Shown: piece after piece, positions 28,163 through 40,763 of the stretch
How positions within the stretch are numbered: position 1 is the stretch's first letter
How the letters are laid out: every line of letters starts with the position of its first letter
Notes under the pieces: generated by a model
The model's database searches: none
What the model was told of the DNA's origin: nothing
What the model saw: only the letters and a program-made list of their open reading frames with translations
Translations under genes and position numbers: made by a program
DNA from: Eledone cirrhosa
Lineage: Eukaryota
Assembly: GCA_964016885.1 (NCBI GenBank)
Contig: OZ024740.1
Coordinates: forward strand, 85,622,001-85,686,000
DNA: 64,000 nucleotides
Direction of reading: 5' to 3'

Positions 28163-29024
28163 TAGATATATATATATATATATATATAGGAGGCACAGCT
28201 TGTCTTTTACACATATTGTTGAAAAAATTAGTTATGCACACAGTTTCTATCAACAAAATTACAATCAGAAGGAATTACACAACTTGAAGCTATAGATGAA
28301 GACACCCAATGTGTCATGCAGAGGACTGAATCTTAAGCTGTGTGGCTGCAAAGCCAACTCCTTAAACAGACAGCTATGTCTACATATGAGAGAACAGCTG
28401 GTCTTTTAAACATGTATTGTTGAAAATATAATTATGCCTCCACTTTTAACTTTTCTTATTAAGGATATTCGAGAATACTCGGAAATTAGTCACGGAGACT
28501 ACATCGATAATAAAATATAACACCAAGCTCTTAACATTCACACAGTACGCCATGCAAACAAAGAAAGGAAGAAACAAATAATCAAACTAAAAAGAAAAAT
28601 GAATAAATAACCGCAGACACCAACACTAAACAATTTGTTCATTGCTGAAAGAAAGCTGACGTCAGAGACCAGAAAATATATAGTGAAGTGATAAAGAAGA
28701 GAAAATAGACACAACACCATTCCCATGGTTCTCACTTCCAATAAAAACGGTAATAACAACTGCCACTAAAAACATCTCATCCAGAAGATAAGACCAGGAA
28801 ATTATTGAGACATCAATAGACCTTGGAAAAGATTACAAAAATATACCAATACGGAAATATGGGGACGGGGAACTTACTAAAACTGTTAACACTGAAACAC
28901 GGGTGATTTTTTTTCTCAATGCATGTATGTATATTACATATGTTTATATATATATATATTATAATTATGCATATCTATATATATATATATGTATGTATGT
29001 ATGTATGTTTGAATGTATGTATGT

Positions 29025-30105
29025 TATCATCATCATCATCATTGTTTTTACATCCGTTTTTCCATGCTTGAGTTGGACGGGTCCTTTTCAGCACTGTATA
29101 TCTCCATATGCCACATTCTGTCATTATCTCCGCTGAGAGTATCAGTGATTTGGGATCAGCTCTTACCACTTCTGCCCAGGTCGTTCTTGGTCAACCACTA
29201 CTGCTGCTTCCTTCCACTGGGATTTCCTGGCATTTCTTCACCCACTGATCATCATCTATGCACATTACATGTCCGTACCAACACACTCTTCTCTCCTGCA
29301 CACCACATTTTAGTCCTCTTAAATCCAGCTTCTACCTCAGATAATCCAAGCTCTGCCTTTTTCTCACATTGACATTGCACATCCAACGAAGACTGGTTGC
29401 TTCATTACTCTCCAGTCTATGTATGTCCTCTGCAGTCACTGCCCATTTTTCACTACCATGCAGCATTGCACTTTGCACACTTTGTCATACAGTCGTCCTT
29501 TTGTACATAGAGAGAAACCTTTTATTGTCAACAGTGGGAGTAGCTCTCTAAAATTCTTCCATCCTACCCTTATTCTAGCTATCATGCTGTCAGAGCACCC
29601 TCCTCTGCTGCTATCTAAGTCACCTAGGTAGCAGAATTTATCAACCACATTATATAAATATATCATCATCATTTTTACGTCCACTTTTCCATGCTTGAAT
29701 GGGTTCTTCTCAGCACAGCATCTCCACACAACATAATCCTTTGTCACTGCCTCTGTGAGTCTCAGTAATTTGAGGTCAGCTCTCACACCCTCTGCCTAGG
29801 TCTTTCTTGGTCTACCTCTACTGCGATTTCCTTTCACTGGCATTTCCTGGTACTTCTTCACCCAATGATTATCGTCCATGTGCATTACATGTCCAAACCA
29901 ACACAGTTTTCTCTACTGCACACCACATTATATTCCTCTTATACCCAGCTTCTCCTTCAATTTATCCAAGCTCTGCCTCTCTCTCACACTTAATTGCACA
30001 TTCAATGGAGCATGGTTGCTTCATTTCTCGCCAGTCTATGCACGTCCTCTGCAGTTACAGCCCATGTTTCACTACCATGCAGCATCACACTTCTCACACA
30101 GTAGG
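29025..30105 (-). mobile_element. Two tandem RTE LINE 3' fragments (29025-29650 and 29662-30105)
   Basis: VVDKFCYLGD...GGCSDSMIARIRVGWKNFRELLPLLT on the minus strand; (ATC)n tails at 29025 and 29662. Confidence 0.75.
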
Positions 30106-30336
30106 ACGATTCACTATTCAGCTTTAATAAAATTAGTATATATATATATAGAGAGAAAGAAGCATACACCATTTAAGACATATATAGCATTTTGTACACA
30201 TATATCAAGCAAATAATATGCAGGAAAATATACATACTTAAGCTACTAAAAAGTCATTTTTTCCATACATTTTTCTCCACCATACATATTAAATATGAAT
30301 CAATACCTTAACATAACATATATGTTAACATATATT

Positions 30337-30797
30337 TGTTGACAACAAAGGGTTTCTCCCTATGAATGAAAGGTCGATTATATGATGCCTGTGTGAGATG
30401 TGCGATGCTGCATGGTAGTGAGACATGGGCAGCAACTGCAGAGGATATGTGATGGCTGGAGAGAAATGAAGCAAGCATGCTCCAATGTGACCAAGCATAG
30501 ATGAGTTGAGAGTGAAACTGTGTATAAGAGGGATAAACTGTAGTGTGCCAAAGAGAAGACTGTGTTGGTATGGCCATGTGATGTGCATGGAAGATGACCG
30601 CTGGGTGATGAAGTGCCAAGAAATCCCAGTGGAAGGAAGATCACGAAAAACATGGGCGAAGGTGGTGAGAGCTGACTTCAGATCGCTGAAGCTCACACAG
30701 GAGATGATGAAGGACCATGATGAATGGAGAGATGCTGTGCTGAAGAGGACCTGTCTCACCCTTGCAAGCAGGGAAAAGCGGATGTAAAATGATGATG
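30337..30797 (+). mobile_element. RTE LINE 3' fragment
   Basis: RRLCWYGHVMCMEDDRWVMKC...GRSRKTW, then a (GAT)n tail. Confidence 0.8.
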
Positions 30798-30865
30798 ATA
30801 TATATATATATATATGATGATGATGATGTATTATTTATATAATACCTATATATCATATATATATA

Positions 30866-31175
30866 TGGCTTAGTGGTTAGAGCATCAGGCTTACAATCCT
30901 GAAGTTGTGAGTTTGATTCTCGGACTGGGCTTTGCATTGTGTTCTTGAGCAAGACACTTTATTTCATGCTACTCCAGTTCACTCAGCTGTAGAAATGGAG
31001 CCAAGCTGTATTGGCCATTGCCTATCCCTTGGAGAACATTGGTGGAGTGGGGAGACTGGTATGCATGGTTGACTGTTCGTCTTCCACAATCAACTTTGCC
31101 CAGACTTATGCCTCAGTGGGGATCTTACTAAGTGCAAATCCCATGGTCATTCATGACCAAAGGGGGTCTTTACCA
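30866..31175 (+). mobile_element. tRNA-derived SINE family B
   Basis: tggcttagtggttagagca (A-box), gagtttgattcc (B-box), then ttgagcaagacactttatttc. Confidence 0.8.
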
Positions 31176-32056
31176 TACACACATATCATCATCATCGTTT
31201 TTATGTCCGTTATTCCATGCTAGCATTGGTTGGATGGGTCCTTTTCAGTACATTATCTCTCCACTCGTCTCATTCCTTTGTCTTCTCCGTGAGATTTAGT
31301 GATTTGAGGTCAGCTTTCACAACCTCAACCCAATATATAGAAGGAATTTAGATCAATATACAATAATTTCGACCTCGTTGCACTGAATGTAGGTACGAAA
31401 AAAACCTTATCAGAACGATCTCTTAAACGATAATGTTAGGGAAACAACAATACCCTAATATATTGTAAGATATAACATAAAACAGGCGGAAAAATAGAGA
31501 TAGCAAGCAGTTAAGCAGATAAAGGATATATTGAATTACATTACATCATCATTAGATTGTTCTGAGAGTATGCAGGTGAAACTCCAGAGTAACAAGGCTC
31601 ACTGTCACTGTGTAAACTAATTATATATGTGTGTGAGTAATTAATTTACACAGTAATGGCTAACCTCTATAGGTTTGATACTACAAATTTTTTTTCAAGC
31701 TGTTCTCACGATACGAACCCTAAATATTATATTTAAAAAAACCCCAAAAAAACTGGATAATGCAAAGAATACATATAAGTACAGATATCTATATTTTCCT
31801 TTCTAAATGTGAATAACATGTCATGAAAAATTGTCAATTGTTTTCCTAATAAACCCTGTATGAACCTCTCATTATTTTCATGACACCCCACACTCCCAAA
31901 TAATAATTTTTAGCGAACTTAAGTTAGAGACTATTGCACAATAGCGTAGACCAACGTTTCTCAAACGTTTTACCATTGTGGGACCTTTGAAATTATTATA
32001 AACAGAATAAAATTCGGAAATACCAGGACTTTTTAAATAATTATTTTTTCCAACCT

Positions 32057-32239
32057 GTGGGGTTCGAGACGTTCGGTGGAGTTGGGCCGCTGAAGGCGAA
32101 ATTCTTGTCATCACTGGCGGCTCACCTTACTGAGGTGTCAGGTGCCCGTGAGGGTACCTGGTTATTTCAGCGCCGTAGCCTCGCCATCACTCGCGTTAAT
32201 GCTGCGAGCGTGTTGGCTTGCCTCAAAGTGCGTAGTTAA
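32057..32239 (+). pseudogene. C-terminal fragment of a CRE-clade non-LTR retrotransposon ORF (end of restriction-like endonuclease)
   Basis: GFETFGGVGP..AKFL..LA..L...SGAREGTWLFQR.SLAI.R.NAASVL fits the recalled CRE-type pattern ETLG.WG..A..FL...RE..FL.QRLS.A.QRGNAASVL. Confidence 0.65.
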
Positions 32240-32465
32240 CCCTTAAGGTGTGAGGTGCGGCCGATTGTAGCATTTAGTGGTGAATTGCCCCTCCCCACTT
32301 TTTTTTCTTTCCTTTATCATTACTGTTCAATGAATTATATTATATTTTTATACACGGTTTTGACATTATATTTGTAATGTTCTTCTAAACATTTATAATG
32401 TTATTTAATGTTATTTATGTAACCATATTTGTAATGTCATTCAACTGTAAATGTATACAATTGTC

Positions 32466-32590
32466 ATTCTGAGTTCAAATCCCGCCGAGGTTAACTTTGC
32501 CTTTCATCCTTACGGGGTCGATAAAATAAAGTACCAGTAATGCACAGGAATAATTGCTGGCCTTGTGCCAAAAGTACAAAACAATTATTA
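32466..32590 (+). mobile_element. SINE family A, 5'-truncated
   Basis: ctgagttcaaatcccgccgaggttaactttgcctttcatcc...ggccttgtgccaaaagt. Confidence 0.85.
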
Positions 32591-32817
32591 ATATTTATCT
32601 CTCTTATATCAAATATAAGAGGTTAAAACCTTTATTATAATAACCAACGATTTTCTAATAATATGCCGTATGTGTATAGTAAAATACACATACAAAATTA
32701 AACAAAAAAACTAAAAAATGCATTAGCTTTTTTATCAGCTTCTCGCGGAACCCATGGCAACATCGGAACACCAGTTGAGAAACATTGGCCTAGAGACTGC
32801 CTATGTACTTTACTTAC

Positions 32818-33079
32818 CTGACTGACGTTGTTCCGTCAACAAATCACTATCCGTATGTCGCCTATTAAGTTTCTCCAATTTCGTCTTTGTTGTGATTAGT
32901 CGTTGTTTAACATCACTGGACACTAAGTTTGATTCAATGTAAGGTTGTAACGTTAATGATAGCCAGAAATGTCTCGCTAGGATCTTATCATTGTTGTCTC
33001 CGTCGCAGAAAACAGTGCATAGATTTGCGGTTAAAGAACGAGTGTCAAGACATTTTATAGTAGTTGTTCCGGCCGTCAT
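32818..33079 (-). CDS. HOATZ: First coding exon (87 codons + 1 nt, phase-1 donor) of a cilia/flagella-associated HOATZ (C11orf88) homologue
   Basis: TVFCDGDNNDKILARHFWLSLTLQPYIESNLVSSDVKQRL aligns by eye with recalled human HOATZ [32 protein letters not shown]...QRL. Ends at the consensus donor CAG|GTAAGT. X-box just upstream. Later exons were not found in the window. Confidence 0.82.
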
Positions 33080-33093
33080 TATTTACTGAAATC

Positions 33094-33107
33094 ATCTCCA
33101 TAGCAAC
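33094..33107 (-). promoter_or_regulatory. RFX X-box GTTGCTATGGAGAT, 15 bp upstream of the HOATZ ATG
   Basis: Strong GTTGCT half-site plus ATGG spacer. Its position is typical of RFX-regulated ciliary genes. Confidence 0.7.
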
Positions 33108-33541
33108 ACAAACGCACTGAAGGTATTGTCTGTTTTATTTGTTTCTAAGGCGCAGTTTCGTAAACGGACTACAAGTGTGTAAACTTTAATTCATTAAATA
33201 ACATATAAATAACATTACAAATTGTTCACAATTCTTTGAAAATGAAAATATAAACACATTTAATAACACGCTAGCAGCATTACCGTGGGTGATGGCGAGG
33301 TTAAGACACTGAAACGATCAGATACGGACATCACCTGACACGAGGACAAAAACTTGTGCAGATATGCTTATAATTATTGTGCCTTGTTTAAATCACGTTT
33401 GAAGAATTCGTGTTAAGTGCATGTGTGTGCGCGTGTATATATGTAGCTTTGACGACTGTGAGTATATATATATGCACACACACATATATATATACGTATA
33501 TATATTTTTATATGTATTTATATTTATGAATATATACATCT

Positions 33542-33601
<60 letters not shown>

Positions 33602-33602
33602 G

Positions 33603-34485
33603 TACATTATGAAGAGAGAAGAAACATTTAGATATAATTAGTAATAAAATGTATCATACCTAAATGTATCATACCTAAACATTTTATTACTAATTATATC
33701 TAAATGTTTCTTCTCTCTTCATAATGTATTTTTAACTCTGATACTGGTTCAGTCTGGTTCAAACTGAATTGGTCTGTCCCAGTCATTCATTGAGCAACAT
33801 CGGTGAAGTTGGCACCCTTAACTCACAGTTGGGTGCGGATGCATTCATGTATATATGTGTGTGTCCGCATGTATCTGTGTGTTTCTAAATATATTAATAA
33901 CTCCCTCTGGTCGAGCAATCTTTGAAGTGTGGGGACAACTGGAAAGCTTCCATTACTCATACTTCTCGCCTTCTTCACTACCTCTTCTACGGCCTCGATA
34001 TGAATACCCCCTCCGCCTCCGTGGTATTTTCTTCGTGGTTATAAGAGGCTTAGCTCTGTTTCTCGACCGTTATATCGCGTGACTATCTCCCCCTCCGCCT
34101 TTTGGGATTCTTTCTCACGTCGTGTAGACGCGTTCTTGAGACTAGTAAAATGAGGTATCCTCTTGATAAGTTGGCAGACCTCGCAGGGACTCTATATCTT
34201 TGATATATTGTTTTTGTTTATGCCACGAAACTACGTAGTCGAGGAATTTAGGAGCAGTTTAGGTATGATACATTTTATTACTAATTATATCTAAATGTTT
34301 CTTCTCTCTTCATAATGTATTTTTAACTCTGATACTGGTTCAGTCTGGTTCAAACTGAATTGGTCTGTCCCAGTCATTCATTGAGCAACATCGGTGAAGT
34401 TGGCACCCTTAACTCACAGTTGGGTGCGGATGCATTCATGTATATATGTGTGTGTCCGCATGTATCTGTGTGTTTCTAAATATAT
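33603..34485 (+). mobile_element. Non-coding Penelope-like / retrozyme-like element: 215-bp direct repeats (33680-33894, 34271-34485), 5' inverted segment (33603-33664) and internal hammerhead
   Basis: Direct and inverted repeats are readable in the sequence; flanked by (TA)n; hammerhead at 34158-34245. Confidence 0.7.
34158..34245 (+). ncRNA. Variant type I hammerhead ribozyme motif
   Basis: Stem I TCCTC/GAGGA, core TTGATAAG, stem II TGGCA...TGCCA, CGAAA, palindromic stem III CTACGTAG, cleavage dinucleotide TC. Confidence 0.7.
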
Positions 34486-34633
34486 ATATATATGTATGTA
34501 TATATAATATATATATATGTATGTATATATAATATATATATGTATGTATATATAATATATATATGTATGTATATATAATATATATATATGTATGTATATA
34601 TAATATATATATATGTATATAGGAACGAGTAGG

Positions 34634-34729
34634 ACCCCGACGGCTGAGCTCAAGCCGTTTCGACGGCTAATTCTGGACTAAATGAAAATTTTTATCTTGG
34701 TATTTGAATAGACGAGCTTCTCAAGGGGT
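34634..34729 (-). ncRNA. Variant hammerhead motif, inverted pLTR copy
   Basis: Reverse complement of 36612-36707. Confidence 0.6.
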
Positions 34730-35029
34730 AATTCCATATATGGTCAAAGTGATTGTCACAGGGATTGGTCAAAAGTTAGTAGTTGAGACATAATAATTCT
34801 ATGATGGCAATTAGTGGAGGGAAGGGGTAGCTAAACCTGCCAGTAGGAGAAAGAGGGAGAGGAGGTGGAGGAGACCCATTCATGCGTTGATAGTGCCGGC
34901 TACAGCTGGGCGTGAGGTCAAAGAAAATACTAGGGAGGGGAGGGGGAGGAAGTCGAAACAGTAAGTAGAACAATGAGGGGTAAATATATAGAAAAATACT
35001 GAGTGTTAAAAAGCGATTAAATGTAAAAA

Positions 35030-35566
35030 ACACCAAACTTTGCACAATACGTCGTCTCCTCCAACAACAAAAAACTCAACCCCGATGGAAGAAATAACCT
35101 AAATAGCAGTGGAGAGCCGACCAGGAGGTGCAACTGTCCTGATTTTCCTCTCGACAACAGATGCAGAGATCGTAATGTGATCTACCAGTGCAACGTGAGG
35201 ACGGACACCTCCAACAAAGCTTATATAGGATTAACCGCATGTGACTTCAAGACCCGGCTATACCAACACAGACATACCTTCCGAAACCCGGCCCGGCGTC
35301 ACGCTACTACACCTTCGGGCCACATATGGGACCTCAAGGATAACAACATTACCTATGATCTCACTTGGAGATTACTGTCCAGAGCCAACTCTTACACGGG
35401 AGGACGCCGTCCGTGCAATTTATGCTCGGAGGAAACTTTACAAATGTTGTTTTCGACGGACCAACTCCTAAACAAGAAAGATGAACTGGTTACTGCATGT
35501 AAACACAGATTGCGTAGGACTTACCTCGCCCTCAAACCCCATAATGACCCGTTGCCGATTTTGTAA
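35030..35566 (+). CDS. PLE linker + GIY-YIG endonuclease, open frame but 5'-truncated (no RT)
   Basis: TPNFAQYV...RCNCPDFPLDNRC..NVIYQC...AYIGLT..FKTR..QH...CNLC.EE...LLNKKDE..ACKH. Confidence 0.85.
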   Translation, partial: TPNFAQYVVSSNNKKLNPDGRNNLNSSGEPTRRCNCPDFPLDNRCRDRNVIYQCNVRTDTSNKAYIGLTACDFKTRLYQHRHTFRNPARRHATTPSGHIWDLKDNNITYDLTWRLLSRANSYTGGRRPCNLCSEETLQMLFSTDQLLNKKDELVTACKHRLRRTYLALKPHNDPLPIL

Positions 35567-36611
35567 TGGGTAACCCCTGCTTGCTAAGGGAGACGTAAGA
35601 TCTTCTTTTATTTCTTTTTATCGCTTCCTCTATATTTCCTTCTTCCCCCCCCATCCCTCCCTAGTCCTTCCACCCCAGTTCTTTTTCTTTGTCGTCGTCT
35701 TTTTCTCGCCCACCCGAGGCAGCCCCTCGGTCCTTTGTAGCCTCTGTACCCCCACCCCCTTCGCCTATTCTATGATAGATTTGGCCGACTCCGCTTTTTA
35801 TAGCAGATGTGTTAGACCCCGGATACTTGCCCCCTTATCCGACCGCTGCCTCTTTTCCGTGCTTTCTATATTTCTTAGTGGCATCTTCGCTTTATTTTCT
35901 CGTTTATCAGTATTTATTGGGGGGGGGGGGGGTCTGAACTAATTTTCCGTATTTTACTTTTACTTCGTACGAGCTTTTATGTAGCTTGCACTAGAACTTT
36001 TGTATCGTGGCGGCACCCTTAGAGACAGTATTAGTATTCTTTTTCGGGACTCTGAATTATTATTTCGTACTAGTTTACTTTTTTTCACTGGGAGGTTGCT
36101 GGCCTTGTGCCTGGGGGTAGAAACTTTTATTATTTCGTGGTATTTTCTTTAGTATTTTGGCCCCTCACTTGTTGACCCGTCACCGTAAGATATACTTACT
36201 TATACCTCTTAAAAGGGTCTCATTTTAATTCCGTCCCACATAGTATATTTCTTTAGCCTAGCAATAGTGAGAGACTTAGGTCGTAGTAACCAGAAATTGT
36301 TTATTTTTTTTTTTTACATTTAATCGCTTTTTAACACTCAGTATTTTTCTATATATTTACCCCTCATTGTTCTACTTACTGTTTCGATTTCCTCCCCCTC
36401 CCCCGCCCTAGTATCTTCTTTGACTTCACGCCCAGCTGTAGCCAGCACTATCAACGCATGAATGGGTCTCCTCCACCCCCTCTCCCTCTTTCTCCTACTG
36501 GCAGGTTTATCTACCCCTTCCCTCCACTAATTGCTATCATAGAATTATTATGTCTCAACTACTAACTTTTGACCAATCCCTGTGACAATCACTTTGACCA
36601 TATATGGAATT

Positions 36612-36707
36612 ACCCCTTGAGAAGCTCGTCTATTCAAATACCAGGATAAAAATTTTCATTTAGTCCAGAATTAGCCGTCGAAACGGCTTGAGCTCAGCCG
36701 TCGGGGT
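36612..36707 (+). ncRNA. Variant type I hammerhead motif in pLTR
   Basis: Stem I ACCCC/GGGGT, core TTGAGAAG, long stem II region, CGAAA, stem III CGGC-TTGAGCTCA-GCCG (palindromic loop), TC. Confidence 0.65.
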
Positions 36708-36799
36708 CCTACTCGTTCCTATTACCCACTCTACTACCCTAAGTATTGAGTACTTTGGTGCGTTATGGTCCACCTGGTTCCTTACCACATTTCTTCCGT

Positions 36800-37582
<783 letters not shown>

Positions 37583-37626
37583 TAGAGAGAGATTACAATA
37601 ATCAAAGTTCAGTTTAAGTCATTTAT

Positions 37627-37675
37627 TTGCTTACAATTGTTTCCTTCAAACCGAGGTTTGGATTCTTCGGAGCAA
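37627..37675 (-). ncRNA. Minimal hammerhead motif, inverted copy
   Basis: Reverse complement of 40715-40763. Confidence 0.72.
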
Positions 37676-38474
37676 CTATTTACTGATCTATAACATACTT
37701 GACCTCCTTTTCAACCCAAGAGACACATAAAACATATGCGCATATTGATCAACAGTGGGTGACATTCATCAAATGATATAGCATGGCAATTTACATATAA
37801 AGGTTACAGGATAAAAATAAAATAAAAACAAGAATGAAAATAAAGATAAACATGAAGCGTTGGTAGTCTATGAAGATAAAGCAAGAGGAAAGCTTAGAGT
37901 AGTCAGTGTATGAAACAATCTCCCGTGTAGCATGCACGCGTGTCTTATTTATACATGATCAGAGTGCGTCAGAATGATATTTGCAGGGTCAGGCAGTTGA
38001 AGCAGGCAATCGATCTTATTATGTGGGCTGAATTATTAAGTCCTTTATTCTCATACATCTGTATGATATACAGTCTCGGATGCGGGGAAACACCAAAATA
38101 TCAAAAACTTTCAACATACTATAAACCTTATTGTATCGTAGGCAAGGCCGTACCACTGTCCTTGCTCACACCACCATTCACATAATCCATGAGACGCAAT
38201 ATATATAGAGAACACGCGTCTATCGTATAATTCGCGGTGGTTCAGCATACAATCAAGCTATAAACCGTATCCATTCGGTTCTTAATTAATAGGTCATGCT
38301 GTCCAGATTCCGGAAGTGCCTGAATGACTAAGGGGAATTAATGCGTAAGGGGAGGTAACTAGCTAGTTATCTTAGTTACATTACTATCCTAAACTACATT
38401 AATGGTGATTCAAATACGTGCCTATCATATGAAGTTATAACTAATATCTAGAGTATGTTACCCATTTATAGGTA

Positions 38475-39188
38475 ACTACGCCTAACTTAGCATACCACAT
38501 AGCTAGTACAAATAAAAGAAAAATTAATTATTACTTCCAACAAACTAAATCACAACGGTCGATAAACCTTCAAAATAACATTCAAAATAACAGTCAAAGT
38601 AACATTATAACAAATAACCGTAATATCAACGGAAACAATAGTAACAGCACTAGTGTAAACATTAACGCTGCGTACCACAACCCACATAACCATAACCCTA
38701 TAGCTAACATCCAAACTTCTACACAGCATAGTAACCGGCAGACTAGCTCCCAGAGTAATTGTAACTGTAGATCAAGTAGAACCTGCCCTTTAGATAAAAA
38801 ATGCTTAACCAAGGATATCATATACTCATGTACAGTCACAACTAACAGCTCTTCTGAAACCTACATAGGCTCCACTTATAACTGCTTCAAAACTAGATAC
38901 AATTCGCACCTCCACTCTTTCAAAAAACACAGTCTAGCCAACTCCACTTCACTATCTAGCTACATACACTATCTAAAAACTAAAAATAAAATATATACAC
39001 TTAAATGGGAAGTGGTAGGTAGTGCAACATCGTACAAACCACCTGATAAATTTTGTAACCTCTGTCTACTAGAGACCCATACTATCATCTTCTCTAAACA
39101 TAATCTCCTTAATAAAAAATCAGAAGTGTTCGCAAATTGCCAACACCGCTTCCGACACTCGTTCCAAAACTTTAAACCCTATATATAA
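38475..39188 (+). CDS. PLE Asn-rich linker + CxCx5C motif + GIY-YIG endonuclease; open frame with no start codon, absent from the ORF track
   Basis: Hand translation: TTPNLAYHI...NCNCRSSRTCPLDKKCLTKDIIYSCTV...ETYIGST..FKTRYNSH...FCNLCLLE...LLNKKSEVFANCQHRF...PYI*. Confidence 0.88.
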   Translation, partial: TTPNLAYHIASTNKRKINYYFQQTKSQRSINLQNNIQNNSQSNIITNNRNINGNNSNSTSVNINAAYHNPHNHNPIANIQTSTQHSNRQTSSQSNCNCRSSRTCPLDKKCLTKDIIYSCTVTTNSSSETYIGSTYNCFKTRYNSHLHSFKKHSLANSTSLSSYIHYLKTKNKIYTLKWEVVGSATSYKPPDKFCNLCLLETHTIIFSKHNLLNKKSEVFANCQHRFRHSFQNFKPYI

Positions 39189-40714
39189 TAATGTCAGACT
39201 GGAACCGGCACCACCCCTAGCAATTAACATCAGTAGCACACCTTACACCTCACATCCACACCCATCTCTATACTCTAAAGATAATACTGACAGCATTTTA
39301 GTACCACCTACCCTGGGAATACCCCCTTGTACCTCTAATACTGATATCTCGACCGTGGACTACTTATTCTGCATTGCACAAATATAAGATTAGTATAATT
39401 TGGGGACACGGTACTAGTTGCGATAGCATAGTCCTGTGCATGGATTCCCACCAAGAGATAGATTGATGATTAGATAGATAATCGTATTGTTATGTGAATA
39501 TATACTGTAAACGATCAGCTCAATGAATTATGCACGTAATCATCTTGATGTGAACTCCTTTAGTATCTATTAATAGACTCCACTCTAGCTTGTAGATGTG
39601 ATACATAATTAATTTATATATGAGACGGGGGTTGTCTATTGCTTGATGGCCAGACTAGTGCCTTTATATGAGAGATTGGATCTCCGGACCATACCGAAGA
39701 TTTACTGGAGATTCAGGCATGCAATGACCCGGAGCCTACCGGGTGGCATATATAATAGTGGGACCATACCAGGTCCTACTGTTATATTACATTTGCATGG
39801 AACAGTGACTTGAGAGTTTGACTCCTCTTATAGAACGTTCGGATATGACACCCCTTAATAGATGGTAATCATCCTAATATATACACCCTTGTACTTCTTA
39901 ATGGACAACTCTCTAACCTATAAATGGGTAACATACTCTAGATATTAGTTATAACTTCATATGATAGGCACGTATTTGAATCACCATTAATGTAGTTTAG
40001 GATAGTAATGTAACTAAGATAACTAGCTAGTTACCTCCCCTTACGCATTAATTCCCCTCAGTCATTCAGGCACTTCCGGAATCTGGACAGCATGACCTAT
40101 TAATTAAGAACCGAATGGATACGGTTTATAGCTTGATTGTATGCTGAACCACCGCGAATTATACGATAGACGCGTGTTCTCTATATATATTGCGTCTCAT
40201 GGATTATGTGAATGGTGGTGTGAGCAAGGACAGTGGTACGGCCTTGCCTACGATACAATAAGGTTTATAGTATGTTGAAAGTTTTTGATATTTTGGTGTT
40301 TCCCCGCATCCGAGACTGTATATCATACAGATGTATGAGAATAAAGGACTTAATAATTCAGCCCACATAATAAGATCGATTGCCTGCTTCAACTGCCTGA
40401 CCCTGCAAATATCATTCTGACGCACTCTGATCATGTATAAATAAGACACGCGTGCATGCTACACGGGAGATTGTTTCATACACTGACTACTCTAAGCTTT
40501 CCTCTTGCTTTATCTTCTTAGACTACCAACGCTTCATGTTTATCTTTATTTTCATTCTTGTTTTTATTTTATTTTTATCCTGTAACCTTTATATGTAAAT
40601 TGCCTTGCTATATCATTTGATGAATGTCACCCCACTGTTGATCAATATGCGCATATGTTTTATGTGTCTCTTGGGTTGAAAAGGAGGTCAAGTATGTTAT
40701 AGATCAGTAAATAG

Positions 40715-40763
40715 TTGCTCCGAAGAATCCAAACCTCGGTTTGGAGGAAACAATTGTAAGCAA
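40715..40763 (+). ncRNA. Minimal type I hammerhead motif (CCGAAGA core variant)
   Basis: TTGCT-CCGAAGA-A-TCCAAACC-TC-GGTTTGGA-G-GAAA-CAATTG-TA-AGCAA. Confidence 0.78.

Larger units (their letters stand above)
31952..32787. mobile_element. hAT (Charlie/Buster-type) MITE with nested CRE and SINE fragments
   Basis: Termini CAACGTTTCTCAAAC and GTTGAGAAACATTG. 8-bp TSD-like GCGTAGAC / GCCTAGAG with central TA. Confidence 0.7.

Noticed and set aside
26687-31175. tRNA genes at the A/B-box matches
   Set aside because: They continue into shared SINE bodies and lack a full cloverleaf.
37940-40449. Identical 81-aa ORFs on opposite strands as a duplicated gene
   Set aside because: By-product of the inverted pLTR; GTG start and no recognisable motif.
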